Part shown: one piece after another, positions 46,301-51,953 of the stretch
Layout of the letters: each line of letters begins with the position of its first letter
Position numbering within the stretch: the first letter of the stretch is position 1
Assembly: GCA_051819785.1 (NCBI GenBank)
Contig: JBNJGV010000001.1
Coordinates: 1-51,953, forward strand
Source of the DNA: Nanobdellota archaeon
GTDB lineage: Archaea > Nanobdellota > Nanobdellia > Woesearchaeales > DSVV01
Direction of reading: 5' to 3'
Length of the DNA stretch: 51,953 nucleotides
The notes under the pieces: model-generated
Told to the model about the DNA's origin: nothing
Databases searched by the model: none
The model's input: the letters and a program-made list of their open reading frames with translations, nothing else
Position numbers and translations under genes: made by a program

Positions 46301-46604
46301 ATCACCTAAAATTACAAAAAAGTCTGTAGCATTTACTAAGGATGCCCAGAAACAAAAAGGTGCTTCTAAAGTGCCGGCAAAAGGACAAAAAACTAATCCA
46401 AATTTAGGAAATGATTATAAAGATACAGCGTCTACTAAAGAGATGATTCAACAAATCAGAAAAAAGCGCCAGGCAGAAAAACAAAAACAGAGACAAGAGG
46501 TGTTTTCGGAGTTTGACGAGAGTACGAAAGAAAAGCAAAAACCTAGAAAAAGGGGGCTTTTTGATAGAGTAAAAAAGGAATTTGATAAATATTCAAAAAA
46601 ATAA
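40392..46604 (+). CDS. Giant (2070 aa) type I membrane-anchored surface protein: Cys-rich N-terminal region, Fn3/Ig-like modules, tandem Cys-knot-like repeats, Ca-binding TSP3-like motif, TM helix, Lys-rich cytoplasmic tail
   Basis: The signal peptide is MLIKKRVICSFLLFFVVVLSISSYA-VEE. CC/CCC motifs include TECCPENF, EGCCCYEED, GSCCCDGEVCENGEFCCEG and YRCCFGLD. At least six module boundaries have the form D-x-[ST]-x-P (DMTPPNTT, DMSAPEIE, DNKSPVTT, DTNPPVVV, DTTRPDIT, DTTPPSSP). The TSP3-like motif is DTDCDGIPDEWE...DPDGDGRTNLEEYMDGTNP, the TM helix is YWLLILLIILILLGFIVVCVL, and the tail is about 190 aa and basic. Confidence 0.85.
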   Translation: MLIKKRVICSFLLFFVVVLSISSYAVEETGYCSNPIIQSVCSDDSVLITECCPENFEGYGGAGYPSGVEDCKNNYFAADSIDNIENCEKGSCFIDGEANCLKGAYIATCYYEGGTPSTTSWDENPQCMEGCCCYEEDSVQESLISTQGYCGNNPSSTFYSEIEDSDACSAECSASDPGEGEPGGDDDDDETPSETSECGNMPYCEIEGPLAGSCCCDGEVCENGEFCCEGSCFSVPCDEVCERSEPCGTTDENGCPLFKKCFPNGSLAKECTPRPSCTSGFEVCDTPEDDDGDGKINCQEAFCDGMVCAETEAEKSENCPDNSYYDASEGVYRCCFGLDLNDCDGEDGPDTCGECNCLENPRSPVLDPIEVVRGQRGVDIRWHLNCEGVNYRLMRCEGEENCDNNVFNLRTQTSKSTFYDEGIKENTKYCYYVKAIYPNAGAEGMVIKKSDEKCFTSGDSVCMEVSGSSFCLDETEGFADKLVLRATCTQENVLSVQENCIQSHDENYVCRGPFPPYGQTDCVYQSPCEECGNPFGVFADYDESSTSLGEGGEGFCKNAQTCYFDYTPTSIDNFQKCSQVQTCYDYKSKSACEGQASKAEEQGGLGSNNKCLPRDCKWKDFEDLSTGGICVEKSDEFRDCQSCNEAEYNDIFGACNVDMCSLFGDCYLRNADYKCVSKDKISCKDYQTPEECMGGSELQVDVEYEEGSRVSGTNNIEQQSGDTLGFGVCRWDDSKNPSCFKDADFNSFKDPSPGGSSFDMTPPNTTILSGRYTKDLNLSFEVTDFNPDGSKGSGVEHWDVFFCKTKKGEAPCYPNSYPEKLDNGKGWVYLGGGTGVYEVYYYSMDKAHNLEKVKKKEFEIDMSAPEIEISSFVNEDLSEFINSEIMFFVNTSESTHCWDYFEQTTDSQITGDTWGDKWTTKYSGLTDGTYEYKVVCEDRAGNRNQEVVSVRVNADSFIDNTLPEGKIDYSDITLMAETLKDTNCKWGPTPKDYNKLPYTFSKMKEVDGYFQHTSSPDVVSESKTYSFDVKCMDGDRVSDDEIQFVYDNKSPVTTVVDSNNKPIDFSSWYSGAAAKNKFFLACNDSPENGFGCDETFYCIDYNNDVCVPNKKISPDQPLPLDFSNSDSFRLCYKSTENVLNEMGGKSETAVCKEIQIDTNPPVVVVDSLNAYKDPSKPKQINTPSYTLEGEVIDPDVVNDVSENFVDIVVEHKKSGNTSVYDDIPANPDFLKDIRIEEELNVITLFATDRSGAKSGSVKYYLYYTPYEGEMISLSRPAFGVSASKEFVFEVETYSSADCRYSLTGQKNEAIDMVSYTDSGKFLHKTKKDLDLSWLSENVKHPVTVFCSFGGREFEKEFQISWDTTRPDITDVYLERVREGNPPALIEFPLESNLVVKTDDKAICKYTEDPSLEYYNTGQNTFPGYYDSNFSKVNKILLDDLVDGNSYTFYVQCENAVTDESITLSPRKTYRFKVDTSLSTGIVLVSPKDPVSTTSIELKIRTTKSASWCEAEYNGETKNMSSSGEEEFSATFENVALGENDFDVSCLTAGEMAEDHYNILVDTTPPSSPSINDGNVSSNLESLSASWHASDNETDVVQYKYAIGSMPGSADVLGWKNTSDDNAVAGGLNLTKMETYYWMVKAKNEVGLWGDSSVSDGVLLNPDSDDISNKGSSGDTGHCSNGILDEDESDVDCGGKDCPSCSFNSTCVLDSDCASTNCVSGKCAKPTCDDNITNQDESDVDCGGNCSPCSNGKGCSVDKDCVSGFCDYGTCFEPNCNDGVKNGGEEGVDCGGPCNNSCESMQPSTCEIDGKKDTDCDGIPDEWELKYSEHLDMHNAQDANLDPDGDGRTNLEEYMDGTNPTKAEKSQEKSSYWLLILLIILILLGFIVVCVLSYKYFYYKIPPKYRKYLDVVVQPIASSINRAFEKIKPFLNRAKTFCSNMLEKSGLAPFLRKYGIYSDAKGKAPYSSPAPSPKITKKSVAFTKDAQKQKGASKVPAKGQKTNPNLGNDYKDTASTKEMIQQIRKKRQAEKQKQRQEVFSEFDESTKEKQKPRKRGLFDRVKKEFDKYSKK
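45423..45785 (+). repeat. Three tandem Cys-rich repeats at protein level within the giant surface protein
   Basis: The repeats are CSNGILDEDESDVDCGGKDCPSCSFNSTCVLDSDCASTNCVSGKC, CDDNITNQDESDVDCGGNCSPCSNGKGCSVDKDCVSGFCDYGTC and CNDGVKNGGEEGVDCGGPCNNSC (the third is truncated). Confidence 0.85.
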
Positions 46605-46613
46605 GTGATAATT

Positions 46614-47117
46614 ATGTCTAAAGCCCAAATACCATCACAGATGTTTACATACATTTTAACTTTGCTTGTAATAGGGATGATGCTTTTTTTAGGGGTCAAA
46701 TGGCTGGGCTCTCTTATGGATAAAAGCGAAGACATTTCTATGGCAAAAACCAAGGTTGAGATGGAATCTGCATTTGAGAAGATAAAAACTAATTTTGGAA
46801 GCTGGGAATATAAGGAATTCAGGATTCCTTCTGAAGCAACAAGGGTATGTTTTCTTGATAGAAATTATGCAAAGAACGGAGATTATAAAAGCACCGGCAT
46901 TTGTACTGAAGGCAATAGTGATTATAACCCTATTATCTGCGAAGCATGGGGAGCAGAGACACAAAGTATAGTTTTTGAACCAATGGATGCAATGGAAATG
47001 ACTGTAGATGTTAATTATGTTGAGGTAGAAGGTGGATATATTTGCTTTAAAAACGAAAATGGTGTAATTAGGGTTAAGCTTACTGGTAAGGGCAACGCTG
47101 TTAAGGTTTCAGAATAA
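46614..47117 (+). CDS. Type IV pilin-like protein (class III signal peptide), candidate minor pilin
   Basis: MSKA-QIPSQMFTYILTLLVIGMMLFLGV. It starts 10 nt after the upstream stop. A GTG at 46605 is an alternative start. Confidence 0.6.
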   Translation: MSKAQIPSQMFTYILTLLVIGMMLFLGVKWLGSLMDKSEDISMAKTKVEMESAFEKIKTNFGSWEYKEFRIPSEATRVCFLDRNYAKNGDYKSTGICTEGNSDYNPIICEAWGAETQSIVFEPMDAMEMTVDVNYVEVEGGYICFKNENGVIRVKLTGKGNAVKVSE

Positions 47118-47118
47118 A

Positions 47119-48216
47119 ATGTTTTCTAAGAAAGGTTCAGTAGAGATACAATTTAACTGGGTTTTTATAATTATTGCAGGCTCGGTCCTGTTAATGTTTT
47201 TTGTGAAGGTGGCCGGCAATTACAAGTCATCTTCAGAGATGGAGATTGCTACAGAAGTCCTTGATAAAGTTGGTTCAATTGCTTCTATGGGCCAACTCAG
47301 TTCAAAATCGTCAAGCGTTATTACTGTGAAAGATTTAGAGTTGAGGACGCAATGCATTGCAAGCTCTTGCAATGAGTATGGCTGTGATGTTGATTTTGAT
47401 TTTCAAGATATGGGGCTCCCTTCGCCTGTGTGGATGGAAATGGAACCTGTGTTTTCCTCTAAGCATATTAAAGGTGGTGAGCTAATTATGTGGTCTCTTG
47501 ATTGGACAGCTCCTTATAAAGTATCCAATTTTTTGTACCTTACAAGCAATGGCCATAAATTTGTGTTTGTTTATGATCAAGATTCTACTGGTTCAGAATC
47601 TTTTGCAAGAAAAGCCTACCAAAAGTTTTCAGAAAATGAGTATGTAGATGCAGTATTGGTTGAAGAAAGCCAATTATCAACTGTTCCATATAATGCGGAA
47701 TATCTTGTAAAATTTTTACTCTTTTTTGACCCTTCTGAGAGCCTTTCACCCGACCCAGAAATTTTAAGACATCATTGGGACGTTGAATTTTTTCAAGGAG
47801 ATATGAAGTCAGGGACAGTTTGGTTCAGTAAGGACGAAGCCGATACAAAAGTCAGGGGAAAAAGCTATTCTTATTATGGCGCGCCTATGTTAATGGGAGC
47901 AATTTTTAGTGATAGTTATGAAGACTATAAATGTAATGTCAGAAAGGCAATGCTTAAATTTATCAAAATGAATTCTGTTTATTATAATCGAGCAGATAGA
48001 CTATATGATCATTTTTCTTCGATGGATTCAGCCAATCCTTCATCCCTTTGCCAGAACTATTTTGGCGCAGAATTGAAAAATTATATAATAGGAATTAACT
48101 CTTCAATAAATTCAAGCTATGACTTAGACGATGTTAGCGCGCTTGAGTCAAACCAAGACTATATTGAAGAAAAAAACCAACAAGCCTTGCAAAAGGATTG
48201 CCCGAGAATATATTAA
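47119..48216 (+). CDS. Type IV pilin-like protein (365 aa), candidate minor pilin
   Basis: MFSKKG-SVEIQFNWVFIIIAGSVLLMFFV. It starts 2 nt after the upstream stop. Confidence 0.6.
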   Translation: MFSKKGSVEIQFNWVFIIIAGSVLLMFFVKVAGNYKSSSEMEIATEVLDKVGSIASMGQLSSKSSSVITVKDLELRTQCIASSCNEYGCDVDFDFQDMGLPSPVWMEMEPVFSSKHIKGGELIMWSLDWTAPYKVSNFLYLTSNGHKFVFVYDQDSTGSESFARKAYQKFSENEYVDAVLVEESQLSTVPYNAEYLVKFLLFFDPSESLSPDPEILRHHWDVEFFQGDMKSGTVWFSKDEADTKVRGKSYSYYGAPMLMGAIFSDSYEDYKCNVRKAMLKFIKMNSVYYNRADRLYDHFSSMDSANPSSLCQNYFGAELKNYIIGINSSINSSYDLDDVSALESNQDYIEEKNQQALQKDCPRIY

Positions 48217-48217
48217 A

Positions 48218-48700
48218 ATGTTAAATAAGGCACAAATGAAGTCTCTTGAAACGATTTTTGTATTGTTCATTTTTTTTTTTATGTTAGTTTTTGGGTTTAT
48301 TTTTTATGCGGGTTTTTCTCAGCGGCAGGCTGGTGAAGATTATGAAAAAAAGGTGGCCTTGCAGGCGCTTGAATCTGCCCAGAGGGTACAATATTTACCT
48401 GAGTTACAATGTACAAAAGACGGGAAATATGTGGAAGCAGATTGCATTGATTTGTATAAATTAGAAGCATTTCAGGAACTAAAGGGCGTTTATAAAGATA
48501 CATATTCAAAGTATTTTCCAAATACGCTTATTACAATTAATCTAGTTTATCCGTGGAATAAGCATAAGGAATGGGTGGTTTATAATTATACAATAAATAC
48601 TTCAAAGAGTGGAACAAGATATCACATTCCTGTAAGCCTTTATAATGTAACCTCTGATAATTATTATTTTGGTTATGTAATGGTGGAGGCCAGATATTGA
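48218..48700 (+). CDS. Type IV pilin-like protein (160 aa), candidate minor pilin
   Basis: I prefer the ATG at 48218, which gives MLNKA-QMKSLETIFVLFIFFFMLVFGFIF. The track start at 48131 lies inside the upstream gene. Confidence 0.6.
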   Translation: MLNKAQMKSLETIFVLFIFFFMLVFGFIFYAGFSQRQAGEDYEKKVALQALESAQRVQYLPELQCTKDGKYVEADCIDLYKLEAFQELKGVYKDTYSKYFPNTLITINLVYPWNKHKEWVVYNYTINTSKSGTRYHIPVSLYNVTSDNYYFGYVMVEARY

Positions 48701-49233
48701 TGCAAAAAAAAGCTCAATCAGAGATTGTCGGTCTCTTGGTAATAGTTTTAATTATTTCGTTTATTCTTTTATTTGTTTTAAATTCTGTGGTTTTTGATGA
48801 GCCCGAATCAGTAAAAGGGATAAAAAATGAAAAATTGGCCTCTAGTATGATAAGTGCCATGCTTAATACTGATACCAACTGCACTCCCAATTCAAAGGTA
48901 AAAGATCTTCTTATTGATTGCGGCAAGTGGCATGCAATAGGTGCGACAGATTTAAGGTGTTATGATGGGAGAACCAGTTGTGAATATTTAAATGAGACAG
49001 GCGGAGTATTTGAAGTAATGCTTAATAAAACACTTGGAGAATGGTCCAGAACATATGAGTTTATAGTCACAGAGCCTCAAAACTTACACAATAAAATAAT
49101 CCACAAGACTGGCGGGAATTTAAGCGCTGTTGCTAGTGGAGGGCAAGCTGCTAACCAACCCTTGCCAGTTGGAAGAGGGTACGGGACAATGGTTATCTGG
49201 CTTTGTATGGGTGGATGTGGTGAGATAGCATAA
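48700..49233 (+). CDS. Type IV pilin-like protein (177 aa), candidate minor pilin
   Basis: MQKKA-QSEIVGLLVIVLIISFILLFVL. The ATG overlaps the upstream TGA (ATGA at 48698-48702 region). Confidence 0.6.
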   Translation: MQKKAQSEIVGLLVIVLIISFILLFVLNSVVFDEPESVKGIKNEKLASSMISAMLNTDTNCTPNSKVKDLLIDCGKWHAIGATDLRCYDGRTSCEYLNETGGVFEVMLNKTLGEWSRTYEFIVTEPQNLHNKIIHKTGGNLSAVASGGQAANQPLPVGRGYGTMVIWLCMGGCGEIA

Positions 49234-49286
49234 GTTTTATATATTAGTTTTAAGAATAGAGTAATATAATAGATGAGGTGATTTTA

Positions 49287-49523
49287 TTGGCAAAAGCACA
49301 AGGTTTATCACTTAATACGATAGTAATCGCGGCTTTGGTAGTTTTAGTTTTTGTAATTCTTGCAGCAGTTTTTATGGGCAGGATGAGCGTCTTTACAGGA
49401 CAGATAAGTGATTGTAAAGGGGTTTGCAGGGACGACCGTTGTGAACAGGGTGAATATGAGATTAGCGGTTCCTGTGGCGAAGACTATGAAGTATGCTGCG
49501 CAGAACTAGACAGTAATCGGTGA
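49287..49523 (+). CDS. Very small pilin-like protein with Cys-rich head (candidate major pilin)
   Basis: The TTG at 49287 is preceded by GAGGTGA (49275-49281) and gives MAKA-QGLSLNTIVIAALVVLVFVILAAVF, then DCKGVCRDDRCEQGEYEISGSCGEDYEVCCAEL. A GTG at 49278 is an alternative start. Confidence 0.6.
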   Translation: MAKAQGLSLNTIVIAALVVLVFVILAAVFMGRMSVFTGQISDCKGVCRDDRCEQGEYEISGSCGEDYEVCCAELDSNR

Positions 49524-49525
49524 AA

Positions 49526-49783
49526 ATGATTAATAACAAGAGCGCAGCAGAGATGTCTTTGAATGTTATTGTTGTAGCAGCGATAGTATTGATTGTTTTG
49601 GTTGTGTTAACTATCGCTTTTACTACAAAGTTCGGCGAGTTTAACAAACAGGTTGATGACTGTAATGCCAAAGGCGGCAAGGAAATGACTAAACAAGAAT
49701 GTCTTTCTGAAGGCGGGATTGTGATGTTTAGAATTTACAACGAAGAAGGCGATTCTACAAAGATGTATTGTTGTTCTACCTAA
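49526..49783 (+). CDS. Very small pilin-like protein with Cys-containing head (paralog of the previous gene)
   Basis: MINNKSA-AEMSLNVIVVAAIVLIVLVVLTIAF, then DDCNAKGG...QECLSEGG...MYCCST. A GTG at 49520 is an alternative start. Confidence 0.55.
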   Translation: MINNKSAAEMSLNVIVVAAIVLIVLVVLTIAFTTKFGEFNKQVDDCNAKGGKEMTKQECLSEGGIVMFRIYNEEGDSTKMYCCST

Positions 49784-49816
49784 AAATTTATAAAGCATTT
49801 TTTTTATAATTTGATT

Positions 49817-49945
49817 ATGTACAATAATACAGCAGCTATAAAAATGCCCCTTAATGTATTGATTGTTATAATATTTGTTATATTATTCCTTGTTTTTTTT
49901 GGAATCAGGTTCAGCCAAACCTTAAGCAAAATATTGAGTATTTAA
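49817..49945 (+). CDS. 42-aa pilin-like stub (signal peptide plus hydrophobic helix only; not in the ORF track)
   Basis: MYNNTAAIKMPLNVLIVIIFVILFLVFFGIRFSQTLSKILSI is paralogous to the N-terminus of 49526..49783 (NNKSAAEMSLNVIVVAAIVLIVLVVL). Its stop lies 1 nt before the next ATG. Confidence 0.35.
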   Translation: MYNNTAAIKMPLNVLIVIIFVILFLVFFGIRFSQTLSKILSI

Positions 49946-49946
49946 T

Positions 49947-50801
49947 ATGGGAAAAAAGAAAGGAATGGAGCAATCGGTTCTTGTAAAATTGATAGGTGTT
50001 GTGGCTTCCCTTATTGTTTTGGGTCTTTTGTTCAGGAATGTCTTTGATATAACATATGGAGAGACTGCTGAAAATATTTGCAGAATGTCTGTTATTAGTC
50101 ACTCCAAAACCCAGGTTGCCGGCTCGCCTATAATGAATCTTAAATGTCCCAGAAAATTTATCTTAATCGATAACGAAGGGTATAAAATATATTATGCAGA
50201 TGATTTACCTATAGATAAAGAAAAGCTTTCTTATAAAATCAAGTTTAATGAAAAAACGAGCTTTAAAAAGCAATTTTATGAACTTTTAGCAAATGAAATG
50301 GCCGAGTGCTGGTATAAATTGGGAGAGGGGAATTTAGATATTTTCCAGGAAGATATTTTTTTTACCAAATCTTCTTGCGTCATGTGTTCAGAGATTGGCT
50401 TTTCAAAGGAATTTGAGAAGTCAAGAGATATTGGTAATATTGGCGAGTTTAATGAATATTTAAAAACACATAATTTCACTAAATATGGTATTAATACTAG
50501 ATATGCCAACTTTTTATACAAAAATTATGACGCTTCTTTTTCCTTTTCTCATTTAGCTTATTTTATACAAGAAGACAGCATAAGTGTTTTATTTGATGAT
50601 GAAACTGGCTTTCAAACTGATGAATCATACTTAATCTATTTTAAGGGTTATAAGTTTGACAAAATTACCAAATCCTATAAATGGATTGGGGAAAAGATTA
50701 GTGGAGAAAAAATAGAAAAAATTTTTCCAAATGATAGGTATTTTGTGTTTTTTAGCGAACAGTCTGATGTTACTAAGGCTTGTTATATGATGGTGAATTG
50801 A
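49947..50801 (+). CDS. Pilin-like protein (284 aa)
   Basis: MGKKKG-MEQSVLVKLIGVVASLIVLGLLF. It shares ICRMSV, CP and W-x-x-[LM]GEG-x-x-[DE][IL]F blocks with the next gene. Confidence 0.6.
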   Translation: MGKKKGMEQSVLVKLIGVVASLIVLGLLFRNVFDITYGETAENICRMSVISHSKTQVAGSPIMNLKCPRKFILIDNEGYKIYYADDLPIDKEKLSYKIKFNEKTSFKKQFYELLANEMAECWYKLGEGNLDIFQEDIFFTKSSCVMCSEIGFSKEFEKSRDIGNIGEFNEYLKTHNFTKYGINTRYANFLYKNYDASFSFSHLAYFIQEDSISVLFDDETGFQTDESYLIYFKGYKFDKITKSYKWIGEKISGEKIEKIFPNDRYFVFFSEQSDVTKACYMMVN

Positions 50802-50803
50802 AA

Positions 50804-51700
50804 ATGGCAGAGCTTAACAGCACACTTGTGAAGTTTGTGATAGGAACTGTGGTGTTGTTTTCTCTAATCTTTCTTGTTACTAAGGAAGCCAATGTTTATG
50901 ATGATTCTATGGATAAGCAGATATGCAAGCAGGCGGTAAAGTCTATGGCGATAACTAATGTTGAAGGAAAGAATGCTCTTGAAATATTTAATAAAAGAGG
51001 AAATAAACAAGTGCAATGCCCAATCATTGAAAAATCAATTAAATCTTCAGAAAAAGATGTTATAAAAGAGAAACTTGCTCAGTATATGTATGATTCATGG
51101 GATATGATGGGTGAAGGAAGGTTTGAATTGTTTCCTAGTGAGGGTAGCGAAACTTACTGTATCTTGACTCACCACATAAAGTTTGAAGATGACGCAAAGA
51201 ATGTGGGTAAGGTTGAGGGGTTTGTTGATTATTTGATGAGCCATAAAATCAAGGGAGAAAGCAGGAAAAAAAGTTATTTTGATTATTTGAAATGCTATAA
51301 TACTCCTGAGATGAAAACCAAGACAAAAGATTTTGGTGGTGGTGTTAATGTTATCGAAACTACAAACGACTACGGGGTTATGTTTATTTATTCAAAAAAA
51401 GAGCATTTGCATAAAGTCTGGGCAGGTATGGAAGGAACCAAATATGGTACCTTAGCCGGTGGCCTTGCGAGTGTAGGTACTTTTTTAGTTCTTTTCCCTG
51501 AGCCTACAATGTCAACGAAAGTTGTAGGGAGCGCACTTTTAATAGGCGCAGGCGCAATTACTGGTGGAGTCGCGGGCTACACCACAGGTAGTGAGGTTTC
51601 TGCTGACTGGTCAGCTTGTACTATCTTGTTCCCGTATACAAAAGAATATCTTGATAAATTTCAGTGTACATATATGCCGGGTGTTCAGGGATCAAGGTAG
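50804..51700 (+). CDS. Paralog of the preceding pilin-like protein, with an extra Gly-rich hydrophobic C-terminal region
   Basis: I prefer the ATG at 50804: MAELNSTLVKFVIGTVVLFSLIFLV. It has ICKQAV, QCP and WDMMGEGRFELF blocks, and a C-terminal GTLAGGLASVGTFLVLFPEP...LLIGAGAITGGVAGY. Confidence 0.55.
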   Translation: MAELNSTLVKFVIGTVVLFSLIFLVTKEANVYDDSMDKQICKQAVKSMAITNVEGKNALEIFNKRGNKQVQCPIIEKSIKSSEKDVIKEKLAQYMYDSWDMMGEGRFELFPSEGSETYCILTHHIKFEDDAKNVGKVEGFVDYLMSHKIKGESRKKSYFDYLKCYNTPEMKTKTKDFGGGVNVIETTNDYGVMFIYSKKEHLHKVWAGMEGTKYGTLAGGLASVGTFLVLFPEPTMSTKVVGSALLIGAGAITGGVAGYTTGSEVSADWSACTILFPYTKEYLDKFQCTYMPGVQGSR

Positions 51701-51741
51701 AAACCGTAAATGTTTTAAATCCTGAAAAGCAAAGTAATCTT

Positions 51742-51888
51742 ATGGGTTTTGAGAAAAAGGCAGATATAGGTTTTTGGCTGGTTAAGCTTATTATTGCTCT
51801 AGTTACGCTTTTTATAATCATTATGATAATTTCACAGGCGAACTCGTCAAATATGGATTTTTTGAATTGGTTGAGGGATATCTTATGA
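51742..51888 (+). CDS. 48-aa pilin-like mini-protein
   Basis: I prefer the ATG at 51742: MGFEKKA-DIGFWLVKLIIALVTLFIIIMIISQ.... The track start at 51664 lies inside the upstream gene. Confidence 0.4.
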   Translation: MGFEKKADIGFWLVKLIIALVTLFIIIMIISQANSSNMDFLNWLRDIL

Positions 51889-51953
51889 AAAAAGGGTTTG
51901 TGATGAATAGCAAAATCATTGGGTTGGTGCTAGCCTTGCTTTTGTTGATTCTG
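51885..51953 (+). CDS. 5' fragment of a further pilin-like gene, continuing beyond the window end
   Basis: The ATG at 51885 overlaps the upstream TGA (ATGA). It reads MKKG-FVMNSKIIGLVLALLLLIL.... Confidence 0.4.
   Translation, partial: MKKGFVMNSKIIGLVLALLLLIL

Noticed and set aside
34163-46753. Numerous 60-135-aa ORFs in other frames or strands within the three giant genes
   Set aside because: They are embedded in long continuous ORFs with clear signal peptides and domain structure. None has independent start signals.
1-51953. tRNA, rRNA, RNase P RNA, SRP RNA, CRISPR arrays, transposases, integrases, inteins in MCM/PolD
   Set aside because: No intergenic GC-rich island folds into a cloverleaf by eye. 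There are no direct-repeat arrays and no recombinase-like ORFs. MCM and DP2 have uninterrupted conserved blocks. A covariance-model scan (tRNAscan-SE, Infernal) would be the decisive check.

Overview
This is an AT-rich archaeal chromosomal window. The archaeal assignment rests on Orc1/Cdc6, PolD DP1 and DP2, MCM, TBP, an RPA32-like OB-fold protein, ribosomal proteins L14e and L34e, and RNase P Rpp30. The low GC, Lys-rich protein tails and giant Cys-rich surface proteins suggest a small-genome DPANN-type lineage, but that is inference only.

Four blocks stand out:
1. 399-1826: a roughly 1.4 kb, extremely AT-rich non-coding region bounded by origin-recognition-box (ORB) elements. It sits directly upstream of orc1/cdc6-polD, the classic archaeal oriC layout.
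2. 8.4-22 kb: housekeeping genes (TrmB, L14e/L34e, RPA-like, MCM, TBP, a ThiI-like protein, Rpp30). This block also holds two sulfotransferase-fold paralogs (one fused to Nudix), an A24 prepilin-peptidase-like gene and a U32 pair. A near-identical extra ORB copy lies in the tbp/mcm upstream region.
3. 22.1-34.0 kb: a 12-gene island. It starts with a small protein ending in His-Xaa-Ser triplets. It has four intact radical SAM enzymes (three with SPASM-like tails) and two paralogous fusions of a Cys-less radical-SAM-like domain to a BpsA/DUF43 aminopropyltransferase-like module. It also has a spermidine-synthase-fold protein, a PaaK/CapK-like adenylating ligase and HxsB/HxsC/HxsD-like genes. This is my best candidate for an undescribed peptide-modification system.
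4. 34.1 kb to the window end: a tightly packed plus-strand operon. It encodes three giant Cys-rich secreted or anchored proteins (1001, 1060 and 2070 aa) and at least 11 proteins with class III (type IV pilin-like) signal peptides. I read it as a pilus/adhesion apparatus.

I found no rRNA, tRNA, CRISPR array, transposase or integrase. All family assignments come from motif recognition by eye. No searches were run.
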